From Candidatus Rokuibacteriota bacterium (GTDB lineage Bacteria; Methylomirabilota; Methylomirabilia; Rokubacteriales; CSP1-6), in NCBI GenBank assembly GCA_003220435.1, contig QHSL01000060.1, positions 47,917-111,916 on the forward strand: a stretch of DNA of 64,000 nucleotides, read 5' to 3'. Positions 28,105 to 37,434 of the stretch are shown here, piece by piece. A program made the translations under genes and the position numbers. Numbering within the stretch: position 1 is the first letter of the stretch; each line of letters begins with the position of its first letter. The notes below the pieces were generated by a model. That model was not told the DNA's origin. It worked only from the letters and a program-made list of their open reading frames with translations, and made no database searches.

Positions 28105-28279
28105 CGCCGGAGGGTGCGGTAGTAGACGACGAAGCCGACCGCCACCGCCGCCGCGACCACCGCCTGCACCAGCGCCGCCGTCGCTCCCTCACGCAAGAAC
28201 AGGCGCAACTGGAGCGCGGCGTAGAGAATGAAGAACGCGATCCCCGCGCCGATGAGAATGCGATGGGCGGTGATCAGCC

Positions 28280-29659
28280 TCAGCTCAGCACGACCTTGAT
28301 GGCGTCGCGGGTGACGCTGACGAGCCGGTCGATCTCCGCCGCCGTCACCACGAGCGGCGGCGCGAAGTAGACCGAGTCGCCGGGCGCCGGGTGCGCGCCG
28401 GCCGCCGGCCGCGTGCGCGTGACGACGCCGCGCTTCATCATCTCGGCCTGGATGCGCGGGGCCACCTTGCGATCGCCGGCGAAGTTCTTTTTGGTGGCGC
28501 GGTCCTCCACCAGCTCGACGGCGGCCAGCAGTCCCTTGCCGCCGCGGATGTCGCCGGCGTTGGGGTGATCACCGAAGGTCTGCTTGAGCCCCTCGTAGAG
28601 CCGCGCGCCCATCGCGGCAGCGTTCTCCGAGAGGCGCTCGCGCTCCATGATGTCGAGGTTCTTCAGCGCGACCGCGCAGCAGGTCGGATGGCCCGAGTAG
28701 GTGTAGGCGTGCATCCAGCGGTCCTCGGGCTTCACCGAGTCCATCGTCTCTTTGATCGGCTTCGACACCATGATGCCGCCGAGCGGCAGGTAGCCCGAGG
28801 TCACACCCTTCGCGAACGAGAGGATGTCCGGCTTCACGTTCCAGTGCCCCAGCGCGAACCAGCGCCCGGTGCGACAGAACCCCGTGATCACCTCGTCGCC
28901 GATCAGCAGCACGTTGTGTCGCGTGCACACCTCGCGCACGCGCGGCCAGTAGTCGTCGGTGGGATAGATGACGCCGCCGCCGCCGTGGATCGGCTCGCCG
29001 ATGAACGCCGCGACGGTATCGGGCCCCTCGCGCAGGATCGTTTCCTCGAGCTCGCGCGCGGCCGCCTGGCCCACGCTCTCGCCGGGCTTGGCGCCCTGGA
29101 ACCGGTACGGGTAGCACGTCTGGATGTGCACGAAGCCCGGCACGCGCGGCTCGAACATCTTCCAGTAGGCGCCCATCCCGGTGGCGCTCATCGCCTGCAG
29201 GGTGACGCCGTGGTAGCCCTGCTGGCGCGAGATGATCTTGATCTTGTCGGGCTTTCCGTGAGCCTTCCAGTAGAAGCGCGCCGTCTTGAACGCCGACTCG
29301 TTCGACTCGGCCCCGCCGCAGGTGAAGAACACCGCCTGCATGTTGTCGTACGTGATCTCCATGAGCCGGTTCGCCAGCGTGATCGCCGGCACGCTCGACG
29401 AGCCGACGTAGCCGGAGAAGTACGCCAGATCCTTCATCTGCGCCGCGGCGGCGTCGGCCAGCTCAGTGCGCCCGTGGCCCACGTTGACGTTCCAGAGCCC
29501 CGAGAGCCCGTCGATGTACTCGTGGCCGCCGATCTCCTGGATCATCGCGCCGCGCCCGCGGACGTAGATGACCGGCTCGGAGTTGTCGACCGGATGATGG
29601 AGCGGGTGGATCAGGTGATCCTGATCGGCCTTGACGAGTTCTGCCGCGGTCAGCGCCAT
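28280..29659 (-). CDS. Class III pyridoxal-phosphate aminotransferase (omega-aminotransferase family).
   Basis: LLIGDEVITGFCRTGRWFA is the class III PLP motif. The lysine region SFAKGVTSGYLPLGG is present. The product is 459 aa. Confidence 0.9.
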   Translation of the reverse strand: MALTAAELVKADQDHLIHPLHHPVDNSEPVIYVRGRGAMIQEIGGHEYIDGLSGLWNVNVGHGRTELADAAAAQMKDLAYFSGYVGSSSVPAITLANRLMEITYDNMQAVFFTCGGAESNESAFKTARFYWKAHGKPDKIKIISRQQGYHGVTLQAMSATGMGAYWKMFEPRVPGFVHIQTCYPYRFQGAKPGESVGQAAARELEETILREGPDTVAAFIGEPIHGGGGVIYPTDDYWPRVREVCTRHNVLLIGDEVITGFCRTGRWFALGHWNVKPDILSFAKGVTSGYLPLGGIMVSKPIKETMDSVKPEDRWMHAYTYSGHPTCCAVALKNLDIMERERLSENAAAMGARLYEGLKQTFGDHPNAGDIRGGKGLLAAVELVEDRATKKNFAGDRKVAPRIQAEMMKRGVVTRTRPAAGAHPAPGDSVYFAPPLVVTAAEIDRLVSVTRDAIKVVLS

Positions 29660-30051
29660 TGCTTCCTCCCCAGTGGAGCCCGTGAGCGACTCGGGCGGGC
29701 CCGCCGATAGTCGCCGTCCGGGATGACGACGGCCCGATGTTGCGGCCCACGATACCGATAGACCCAGGCGCGCTCACGCCGGCCACTCGCGAGCGTGACG
29801 ATAGTGCGACGACGCTCGAAATTGTACCCCACCTCCTCGCGGTCAAGCACCGCGAGAAGTTCTGGATCGTCCAGCCGATACAGCTCCCCACGCGCGCGGG
29901 CATCCCCCTCGATCAGCCCCGGCCATCGGCCCAGATCGACCAGCCGTCCGCGCACGCGTCCCTCGCCGAGGAAGGTCGCATCTCTGGCGAGGAGCCGATG
30001 CAAGACGTAGCCGCGCATGAAGGTTCCGTAGGCGAACAGCAGCGGGGGCAC
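29650..30051 (-). CDS. Gamma-glutamylcyclotransferase / AIG2-like family protein (second copy).
   Basis: LFAYGTFMRGYVLH is the AIG2/GGCT YGTLxxG motif. Its 3' end overlaps the aminotransferase start by 10 nt. Confidence 0.65.
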   Translation of the reverse strand: MPPLLFAYGTFMRGYVLHRLLARDATFLGEGRVRGRLVDLGRWPGLIEGDARARGELYRLDDPELLAVLDREEVGYNFERRRTIVTLASGRRERAWVYRYRGPQHRAVVIPDGDYRRARPSRSRAPLGRKQWR

Positions 30052-30077
30052 GGCGCGGCGGGTCCGGCGGCCGGCCG

Positions 30078-30728
30078 TCAGGAGGTCTCCACCGCCTGGA
30101 GGACCGCGCCCAGGAAGTCGCGCTCGGGCACGGCGCCTTCGAACTGCACCCGGTCGTTGATCACGACCTTCGGCACGCCCATCACGTGGTAGGCGCGCGA
30201 CAGCTCGGGGAACTCGGTCGCCTCGATGACGGTGGAACGCACGCGATCCGACGCCACCGACATGTGCTGTGCCAGGCGCACGGCCCGGGGGCAGTGCGGT
30301 CAGGTGGGCGTCGAGAAGACCTTGATGTCGACGTCGGACGCCAGTGCCCGCAGCGAGGCCAGGGTGTCCTCGCTCAGCGCCGGCGCGCCGGTCGAGGCCA
30401 CGATGATCGCGTCGATCAGGTTGCTGAACTCGTAGCCGAGCGGGACGCCGTAGAAGCGGATGCCATAGTCGCGGGCGCCCTCGACGACAATGGCCGGCAC
30501 CTGGTCGATCCCGTAGGTCTCGGCGCGCTCGCGGTCGATGGCGAGGTTGAGCACCTCGACCGTGATCTGCGCGGAGAGCGCGGCGACCTCGCGCACGAGC
30601 TGCTCGTTCTGCCGGCAGAGGTCGGCGGCGGCGAGCTCCTGCGAGAAGACGACGAGCTTCACCCCTCCGGCGATGCGCTCGAATTCCTTGCGGACGGCGG
30701 CCTGGTCGCGCTCGGTCAGAATGGGCAT
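30078..30728 (-). CDS. Candidate selenoprotein: a PDO / AhpF-N-terminal-like double thioredoxin-fold oxidoreductase. The in-frame TGA at 30300-30302 is read as Sec in the motif TPT-U-PHCP.
   Basis: The track ORFs 30300..30728 and 30078..30281 are in the same frame and separated only by TGA plus 6 codons. The junction reads ...KVFSTPT-[TGA]-PHCPRAV(R)LAQHMS..., and PHC completes a DsbA/PDO-type CPHC active site whose first Cys is the TGA. The second ORF would otherwise begin 6 codons after the active site with no redox motif. A hairpin lies 12-28 nt downstream of the TGA. Confidence 0.55.
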
Positions 30729-30771
30729 GGCGCCATTATACTGTTAGAATCGCGCGCGAGGGGGCCACACG

Positions 30772-31374
30772 ATGAAGCCCTTCGTGGTCAACCGCTACGG
30801 CCGGATCGTCTTCCCGTTCAACTTCTTCCCCGAGCTCGACTTCTCGATCTTCGGCGACGGCGCGGCGGCGCTCGTCGTGGCGCCGGCGCCGGCCGGCGCG
30901 CCGCCCGACGTCGAGTGGCTCCAGACCTACGCCAGCGGGCCCATGAGCGAGGTCGACTCGATCGTGTGGCCGAACCCCGAGTTCGACAACAACATCACCG
31001 TCTACGGCCCGCAGGTGGTCGCGCTCGTGAAGCGCTACCTCACGCAGATGATCGACGAGCTCCGTGGTCTCCCCGGCCCGGAGGGAGCGCCGGGCTCGCT
31101 CCTGGACGCGGTCGACCTGATCGTGCCCCACCAGGCCAACAAGATGATGGTCATCAAGCTCGCGCAGGCCGCCGGCGTCGCGCCCGACCGGCTCTACTTC
31201 GACATCGACCGGGTGGGCAACACGTCGTCGGCGTCGATCCCGATCGCGATCCAGGACGCGGTCCGCGACCGAGTCATCGACCGCCCGCCGCGCATCTTCG
31301 CCCCGGGCTTCGGCGCCGGCGCCGTCGCAGGCTACATCGTCGCGCGAATCGACCCCGCGATCGTCGCCGTCTAA
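30772..31374 (+). CDS. FabH (3-oxoacyl-ACP synthase III) C-terminal-domain-only protein. It lacks the N-terminal domain that carries the active-site Cys.
   Basis: IFGDGAAALVV, LIVPHQANK and RVGNTSSASIPIA (the His and Asn of the Cys-His-Asn triad) align to the C-terminal half of FabH. The product is only 200 aa. It has its own GAGGGGG Shine-Dalgarno sequence and a TAGAAT -10-like box. Confidence 0.7.
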   Translation: MKPFVVNRYGRIVFPFNFFPELDFSIFGDGAAALVVAPAPAGAPPDVEWLQTYASGPMSEVDSIVWPNPEFDNNITVYGPQVVALVKRYLTQMIDELRGLPGPEGAPGSLLDAVDLIVPHQANKMMVIKLAQAAGVAPDRLYFDIDRVGNTSSASIPIAIQDAVRDRVIDRPPRIFAPGFGAGAVAGYIVARIDPAIVAV

Positions 31375-31433
31375 GCGCCGACCCCGCCGCCTGTCTAAAG
31401 CGGGCCGCTGAAGAACCCGCAGGCGGCCGCCTG

Positions 31434-32294
31434 CTAGCCTTTGACGGCGCCGGCGGTGAGCCCCGAAACGTAATAGTCGAGGAACCAGACGTAGATGATG
31501 ACGATGGGCAGGCTCGCCACCACCGCGCCCGCCATCAGCGACCCCCAGTAGTAGATGTCGCCGCGGATCAGGTCGGCGGTGACGCCGACCACGGCGGTCT
31601 TGTTGGCCGTCTGCGAGACGAAGGTCAACGCGTAGGTGAACTCGTTCCAGGTCAGCGTGAAGCCGAACAGGGTGACGCAGACGATCCCCGGGACGGCCAT
31701 CGGCAGCACGATGCGGCAGAGCGTCTGCATGCGGCTGGCGCCGTCCACCAGCGCGCACTCCTCGACCTCGCGGGGAATCGTGCGGAAGTAGCCCATGAGA
31801 AGCCAGGTCGAGAAGGGCACCAGGAAGGTCGGGTACGTCACGATCAACGCCCAGATCGTATCCGAGATGCCGAGCCAGACCACCACCTGGGAGAGCGGCA
31901 GGAAGAGCAGGGTCGGCGGCACGAGGTACGTGATGAACACCGCGGTGCCGAACGTGCCGACGCCACGGTAGCGCAGGCGCGCGAGGCTGTAGCCCGCCAG
32001 GATCGCGATCACGAGCGAGACGCTGGTCGCCACCACGCTGATGATCAGGCTGTTCTTCATCCAGGTCAGGAACTCCGTCTTGAAGAAGAGGTACCGATAG
32101 TGGTCGGTGATCACACCGGTCTGAATGAGGAACGGCACCGCCTTGAGGTTGTAGAGCTCGGCGTCCTTCTTCAGCGAGGTGATCACCATGTAGTAGAACG
32201 GGAACAGCGCGAACGCGATGAACGGGATCATGTTCGCGTAGCCGAACACCGCCGACCGAATCCTCGCTCCGCGCGATCGAACGCCGACGTTCAT
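31434..32294 (-). CDS. Carbohydrate ABC transporter permease (MalG/CUT1-type).
   Basis: There are six TM segments. The EAA loop reads EECALVDGASRMQTLCRIVLP. Confidence 0.85.
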   Translation of the reverse strand: MNVGVRSRGARIRSAVFGYANMIPFIAFALFPFYYMVITSLKKDAELYNLKAVPFLIQTGVITDHYRYLFFKTEFLTWMKNSLIISVVATSVSLVIAILAGYSLARLRYRGVGTFGTAVFITYLVPPTLLFLPLSQVVVWLGISDTIWALIVTYPTFLVPFSTWLLMGYFRTIPREVEECALVDGASRMQTLCRIVLPMAVPGIVCVTLFGFTLTWNEFTYALTFVSQTANKTAVVGVTADLIRGDIYYWGSLMAGAVVASLPIVIIYVWFLDYYVSGLTAGAVKG

Positions 32295-32295
32295 C

Positions 32296-33234
32296 TCATT
32301 CCCTCCGGATGTAGCGGAGCTGGAGGAACACGAAGGCGCCCAGCAGCGGGAACAGGAAGAGCGAGACGGCCGCCCCCTGGCCGAGGTTGCCGCCGGTGAG
32401 CCCGATCTGGTATGCGAGCGTGGCGAACAGGTGCGTGGTGTTGACCGGCCCGCCGCGCGTGAGCACCTGGACGATGTTGAAGTCGGAGAACGTGAAGATC
32501 GTCGAGAACAGGATCACCACCGCGAGCACGGGCTTGAGCAGCGGGAGCGTCACGTGGCGGAAGCGGCCCCAGGAGCCGGCGCCGTCGACCTCGGCCGCTT
32601 CGTAGTACTCGCGCGGGATGGACACGAGGCCGGCCAGGACGATGATGGCGAAGAAGGGCAGTCCGCGCCAGACGTTGACGGCGATCACGGCGGTCACCGC
32701 GTAGCCCGTCAGGCCGAGCCAGTTGGGGCCGGGCGGGTTGATGAGCCCGAGGTGGATCGCCGTCCAGTTCACGACGCTGTAGAGCGAGTCGAACATCCAC
32801 CCCCACGCGAGCACCGAGAGCGCCGTGGGGATGACCCACGGTAGCAGAACGGCCCCCCGGATCAGCCGCTTGAACTTGAAGTCACGGAACAGGAGCATCG
32901 CCAGCCAGACCCCAAGTACGGTCTTGAAGGCGACGGCGATGAGGGCGAAGACGAACGTGTTGTAGACGGTCTGCTGGAAGATCTCGTTGCCGAGAATCTC
33001 CCAGAAGTTCCGCAGCCCGATGAACTGTCCCGGTGACCCGACCCAGTAGTCCGACAGGCTGAAGTAGATCGCCATGCCGAACGGGTACGCGACGAGGCCT
33101 ACGATCAGCGCCAGCGCCGGCACGATCAGGCTGTAGCCGAAGACGTGCTCCTGCTCCCACCACTCGCGGACTCGCGCGAGGCGACTAGGCCGAGCGAGCT
33201 CCGTCGCCTCGAGCGCGCGTTCACCGATGGCCAT
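32296..33234 (-). CDS. Carbohydrate ABC transporter permease (MalF/CUT1-type).
   Basis: MAIGERALE... contains the EAA loop YEAAEVDGAGSWGRFRHVTLP. Its stop lies 1 nt before the next permease start. The 618-aa track ORF is a frame artefact. Confidence 0.85.
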   Translation of the reverse strand: MAIGERALEATELARPSRLARVREWWEQEHVFGYSLIVPALALIVGLVAYPFGMAIYFSLSDYWVGSPGQFIGLRNFWEILGNEIFQQTVYNTFVFALIAVAFKTVLGVWLAMLLFRDFKFKRLIRGAVLLPWVIPTALSVLAWGWMFDSLYSVVNWTAIHLGLINPPGPNWLGLTGYAVTAVIAVNVWRGLPFFAIIVLAGLVSIPREYYEAAEVDGAGSWGRFRHVTLPLLKPVLAVVILFSTIFTFSDFNIVQVLTRGGPVNTTHLFATLAYQIGLTGGNLGQGAAVSLFLFPLLGAFVFLQLRYIRRE

Positions 33235-33235
33235 G

Positions 33236-34546
33236 CTAGGTCTTTCCCTTCGTCTCGAGCTTCCCCTGCGCCGCGAGCCTGATCTGATCCTCGCCCCACG
33301 CCAGCGCGCGTTTGGTGGGCATGCCGTTGATCGCTTTGGCGACGATGTCGGGCAGGATGAAATTGACGACGATGAGCTGCACGGCGGCGTTGGGCTTGGC
33401 CGGCCAGCCCTGCTCGTGGACGTACTCGGCTTCCTTCGGCAGCATCGCGTACTTCGGGTGGCTCGCCCAGATGGGGTGCTCGGCGAAGCGCTTGAGCGGG
33501 GGCTGATTGAAGGCGCTGCCCCCGACGATGAAGGAGTCGTAGTTCTCCTTCTGGTAGAGAAACTTGATGAAGTCCTTGGCGAGCGAGATGTTCTTCGAGA
33601 ACTTCCAGATCGCCAGCGAGTTGACGCCTGTTGCGGAATGGATTCCGGCCGGGCCGCCGGGGCTGTTGTGGTGGTTGATCTCGTCGGCGATCGGCATCTT
33701 CTTCTCCACGGCCGCGACGTAGGGGCTGATCGCGTTGTGGATCCACGAACCCTTTCCTGAAAGCAGGAAACGGTTGTTCGAGGCGTTGTCCCACGAGAGC
33801 ACTTCGGGCTCCATGGCATCCCGATAGAGTTCTTTGTACCACTCGACCACCTGGGCCGCCTTGTCGCTGTTGATCGCCGGCGTCTTGCCGTCGGTCTCGA
33901 GCACCTTGCCGCCGTTGCACCAGAGGATGGACCAGAAGCTGATGTTCGCATCCGTGCAGTGGCTGATCGGAATGCCGACGGGGTTGCCCTGCTTCTTGAG
34001 GATCTTCCCAACCTTGAGGAGGTCGTCCCAGGTCTTCGGCGGTTGGACTCCCGCCTTCTTGAACTGAACCTCGTTGTAGCACCCCGGAAACGCCACCCAG
34101 AACCACGGCACCGCCCGCCACCCCGATGCGGTTTGACAGGTGTCCCTGGCAAACGGGTACCAGCCCCCGTAGCGGTCGCCGAGGTAGGCGGCGAGGTCGC
34201 CCATGTCGACCAGCTGCTGCTCGTAGAGGAAGGGGTCGGCGGCGCCGGTGACGATGAGGTCGTGACCGGACTGCGACGCGGCCTGCGCAGCGCGCTTGGC
34301 GAACAGTTGCGGACCCTGAATGGTATCGACGCGCACCGTCACTCCCGCCTGTTTAGCGAAGACCTCGGCCTGCCGCCGGAGCTCATCATCCGATGCCGGG
34401 ACGAAATGGTTGAAGGTGAGGAACGTCAGCTCACGCTTCTGGGCGATCGCCGGCGCCCGCTCGAGGAACATCGACGACGTGCCGGCGAGAGCGCCTGCGG
34501 AGGTTTTGAGGAATCGCCGACGGTTGATCCCGCTGCTCATGGCCAT
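33236..34546 (-). CDS. ABC transporter substrate-binding protein (family 1) with a twin-arginine (Tat) signal.
   Basis: MAMSSGINRRRFLKTSAGALAGTSSMFLERAPAIAQ is an RRxFLK Tat motif with AxA cleavage. The mature protein is about 71% identical to the neighbouring paralog (about 45% at the N-terminus, about 83% over the C-terminal region). Confidence 0.85.
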   Translation of the reverse strand: MAMSSGINRRRFLKTSAGALAGTSSMFLERAPAIAQKRELTFLTFNHFVPASDDELRRQAEVFAKQAGVTVRVDTIQGPQLFAKRAAQAASQSGHDLIVTGAADPFLYEQQLVDMGDLAAYLGDRYGGWYPFARDTCQTASGWRAVPWFWVAFPGCYNEVQFKKAGVQPPKTWDDLLKVGKILKKQGNPVGIPISHCTDANISFWSILWCNGGKVLETDGKTPAINSDKAAQVVEWYKELYRDAMEPEVLSWDNASNNRFLLSGKGSWIHNAISPYVAAVEKKMPIADEINHHNSPGGPAGIHSATGVNSLAIWKFSKNISLAKDFIKFLYQKENYDSFIVGGSAFNQPPLKRFAEHPIWASHPKYAMLPKEAEYVHEQGWPAKPNAAVQLIVVNFILPDIVAKAINGMPTKRALAWGEDQIRLAAQGKLETKGKT

Positions 34547-34557
34547 GCTCCCTGCCG

Positions 34558-35862
34558 TTACACGGCGCCCCCTTCTTTGAGCTTGCCCTGCACCGCCAGC
34601 TTGACCTGGTCCTCCGCCCACGCCATGGCCCGCTTCGTGGGCATCCCGTTGATGGCCTTCGCGACCATGTCCGGCAGGATGTAGTTGACCTGGATCAGCT
34701 GGACCGCGGCGTTGGGCTTCGCCGGCCACCCGCGCGGATGAGCGTACTCGGCTTCCTTCGGCAGCATGGCGAACTTCGGGTTCTTGGCCCAGATCGGGTG
34801 GTCCGCGAAGTGTCGGAGCGGGGGATGGTTGAAGGCGTTGGAGGCGACGATCCAGGAGTCGAAGTTGTCCTTCTGGAAAAGGAACTTGATGAAGTCCTTG
34901 GCGAGCTGCCCGTTCTTGGAGAACTTCCAGATGCCGATCGCCGTGATCGGCGGGGCCGAGTGAGTACCGGCCGGTCCCGCCGGGCTGTTGTGGTGGTTGA
35001 TCTCGTCGGCGATGGGCATGCTCTTGGTCAGCGCAAGGTTGTACGGACTGATCGGGTTGTGGATCCAGGAGCACTTGCCGGCGAGGATACAGCGGTTGTT
35101 CGACGCGTCGTCCCACGAGAGGACCTCGGGTTCCATCGCGTCGCGATACAGCTCCTTGTACCACTCGATCACCCGCGCGGTCTTGTCCGAGTTGATGGCG
35201 GGGGTCTTGCCGTCGGCCTCGAGCACCTTGCCGCCGTAGCACCAGAGCACGGACCAGAACGTCGTGTTGGCATCGGCGCAGTGGCTGACGGCGATACCGA
35301 CGGGGTTGCCTTGCTTCTTGAGGATCGTGCCGTGCTTGAGCAATTCATCCCACGTCTTGGGGTGCTCGAGCCCGGCCTTCTTGAAGTGAGTCATGTTGTA
35401 CGTGGCCGGGAAGGACACCCAGAACCAGGGCACCCCACGCCAGCCGGCTTTGGTTCGCGCGGCTTCTTCGGCGAACGGGTACCAGCCGCCGTATCGCTTG
35501 CCGAGATCGTCGATCACGTCCCCCATGTCGACGAGCTGGTTCTCGAAGAGGAACGGGTCGGCGTCGGCGACGAACAGGAGGTCGTGGCCCGACTGCGCCT
35601 GCGCCTCGGCCGCACGCTTCGCGGGCAACTGGAGATGGGCGATGGTGTCTACCCTCACCGCGACGCCCGCTTGCTTGCCGAAAGTCTCGGCCTGCTTGCG
35701 TAGCTCGTCGTCGGAGGCAGGGACGAAGTGGTTCCAGCTGAGGAACGTCAGCTCACGCTTCTGGGCGAACGCGGGTGCCCGACCGAGGGCCAGCCAGGAC
35801 GCCATGCCGGTGGCTGCGCCGGAAGCGACACGGACAAAGTGTCGACGCGAGGTCCGTTGCAT
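34558..35862 (-). CDS. ABC transporter substrate-binding protein, tandem paralog, with a Tat signal.
   Basis: MQRTSRRHFVRVASGAATGMASWLALGRAPAFAQ is a Tat signal. The sequence is largely collinear with the 33236..34546 protein (KRELTFL..NHFVPASDDELR.QAE.F.KQAGV.VRVDTI...). Confidence 0.85.
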   Translation of the reverse strand: MQRTSRRHFVRVASGAATGMASWLALGRAPAFAQKRELTFLSWNHFVPASDDELRKQAETFGKQAGVAVRVDTIAHLQLPAKRAAEAQAQSGHDLLFVADADPFLFENQLVDMGDVIDDLGKRYGGWYPFAEEAARTKAGWRGVPWFWVSFPATYNMTHFKKAGLEHPKTWDELLKHGTILKKQGNPVGIAVSHCADANTTFWSVLWCYGGKVLEADGKTPAINSDKTARVIEWYKELYRDAMEPEVLSWDDASNNRCILAGKCSWIHNPISPYNLALTKSMPIADEINHHNSPAGPAGTHSAPPITAIGIWKFSKNGQLAKDFIKFLFQKDNFDSWIVASNAFNHPPLRHFADHPIWAKNPKFAMLPKEAEYAHPRGWPAKPNAAVQLIQVNYILPDMVAKAINGMPTKRAMAWAEDQVKLAVQGKLKEGGAV

Positions 35863-35979
35863 ACAGACTCCATGGGCTGGGCAGGGTTGACGGGACGGCG
35901 AAGGATTCGGAAGGACCGGGGAGATCACCCCCTCGCGGCTCAGATCGTTGCAAGTTTCTATCACCGAGGGTCTGGACGG

Positions 35980-37434
35980 TCAAGGCCACACTCCGACGAG
36001 CGCCGGCCCCCCGGCCCGGAGCGCTCGGCCGAGGAGTTCGCTGAAGCGCGATTCGCTGTCGGCCGCGAAGGCGGCGACCCCGAAGCTCTGAGCCAGCTTC
36101 ATCGAATTCGACGCGCCCGTCGAGGTGTCGTTGAACACGACCACGACGATCGGCGCGGCGAGCCGCGCGGCGGTCTCCAGCTCGGTCGCGGCCACCGTCA
36201 GCCCGGCGGCGCCCGTGAAGCACACGATGCGGCGGTCGGGGTGGACGAGGTGCGCGGCGATCGCCGCGGGCAGGGCGAAGCCGGCCGTCGCGAGACCGTT
36301 GGACGTCAGGAACTCCCGCGGGGCGATCGCCTGCCAGCCAGCGGCAACACCCGCGTGATGTGGCCCGGCATCGACGGTCGCGATCGTGCCGGCGGGCGTC
36401 GCCTCGCGCGCGAGGCGCACGACGCGGGCCGCGAGCCCGTCGCCGATGCTCCGGGCCGCGCCCTCGCGCCGGAGGCGATCGAGCTCGGCGACGTCCCAGT
36501 CAGCGCGGGGCTTGTCACGCAGCCGCTGCGCCAGCTCCTCGATGACGGCGCCGATATCGCCGAGGACCTGCACCGCCGGCATCCAGTCGTCGAGCGCCTG
36601 CGGCGGGCCGATGCCGAGCACCGGCGCACTCGACCAGCACGCGGCCGGTACCGGCTCGAGCGCGTCGAGCCCGATTCCTACCATGAGATCGGCGCGGCGC
36701 AGCAGGCGCTCGTCGACGCCGGCAGTGCCCAGCACGCCGAGCATCAATGGGTGCGGATCCGGCAACGTGCCCTTGGCGCGAGCCGTCGTCAGCAGAGGCG
36801 CCGGCAGCGCCTCGGCGACCGCGCGCAGCCACTGTGCGGCGCCGGCGGAGCGACAGTGAAGGCCGGCGAGCAGCAGCGGGCGGGAGGCGCTGGAGAGCGC
36901 GCGGGCCGCCGCGTCGAGCGCCACCGCGTCGGGATACGGGAGCGGATCGGGGCGGCACGACGTCGCCACGGGCACGGCGGGGCGCGTGACGACGTCGGCG
37001 GCGACGTCGAGATGGACCGGGCCGCGCGGCTCGGCCATCGCGAGCCTCGCGGCGTGGGCGATCCGGTGCGCGGCGGACTCGGCCTCGACGCCGAGCGTTT
37101 CCTTGCAGGCGAGCACGGAGGCCGGGTGCCCGCTGGTCAACAGGACCACGGGCGCGCGATCCAGCAGCCCGTGGACGACGCCCGCGACGGCGGCCGCGAC
37201 GCCCGGCCCCGGCCCGATCACGACCGCGCCGGGCGCGTCGACGAGATCGCCGGTGACCGCGGCCATGATGCACGCGGCGGTCTCGCCGGACGCGAGCGTC
37301 AGCGGAAGCCCGCCGGCGCGCGCCGCCTCGATCAGCGCGAGGTTGGCCCCTCCGCTCGGGACACCGAAGATGCGAGGCGTTCCGGCGCGCTTCAGGCCGT
37401 CGACGACAACCTCGGCGACGGTCGTACGGCTCAC
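35980..37434 (-). CDS. Thiamine-diphosphate-dependent enzyme (acetolactate-synthase-large-subunit-like family).
   Basis: TVAEVVVDGLKRAGTPRIFGVPSGGANL is the TPP_enzyme_N pyrimidine-binding domain. The central domain and a C-terminal GAAG...NDT TPP-binding fold are present. The GTG start at 37434 overlaps the upstream TGA (GTGA). Confidence 0.75.
   Translation of the reverse strand: MSRTTVAEVVVDGLKRAGTPRIFGVPSGGANLALIEAARAGGLPLTLASGETAACIMAAVTGDLVDAPGAVVIGPGPGVAAAVAGVVHGLLDRAPVVLLTSGHPASVLACKETLGVEAESAAHRIAHAARLAMAEPRGPVHLDVAADVVTRPAVPVATSCRPDPLPYPDAVALDAAARALSSASRPLLLAGLHCRSAGAAQWLRAVAEALPAPLLTTARAKGTLPDPHPLMLGVLGTAGVDERLLRRADLMVGIGLDALEPVPAACWSSAPVLGIGPPQALDDWMPAVQVLGDIGAVIEELAQRLRDKPRADWDVAELDRLRREGAARSIGDGLAARVVRLAREATPAGTIATVDAGPHHAGVAAGWQAIAPREFLTSNGLATAGFALPAAIAAHLVHPDRRIVCFTGAAGLTVAATELETAARLAAPIVVVVFNDTSTGASNSMKLAQSFGVAAFAADSESRFSELLGRALRAGGPALVGVWP

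Noticed and set aside
28083-28280. A possible small 2-TM membrane protein of about 65 aa on the minus strand between the aminotransferase and the DCC gene (frame ...LITAHRILIGAGIAFFILYAALQLRLFLREGATAALVQAVVAAAVAVGFVVYYRTLRRWGQR*).
   Set aside because: There is no in-frame ATG/GTG/TTG start with a ribosome-binding site outside the overlapping aminotransferase gene, so it is not called with confidence.
30300-30302. Alternative reading: the three TGA codons at 30300, 42649 and 57248 are ordinary stops and each locus is two genes or a short gene.
   Set aside because: Not rejected outright, but judged less likely. In all three cases the TGA falls exactly at the nucleophilic Cys of a CxxC thioredoxin-fold motif. 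The downstream piece lacks a start context of its own and would be a fold fragment. A stable hairpin follows at SECIS-like spacing. Confirmation needs sel-gene and SECIS analysis.
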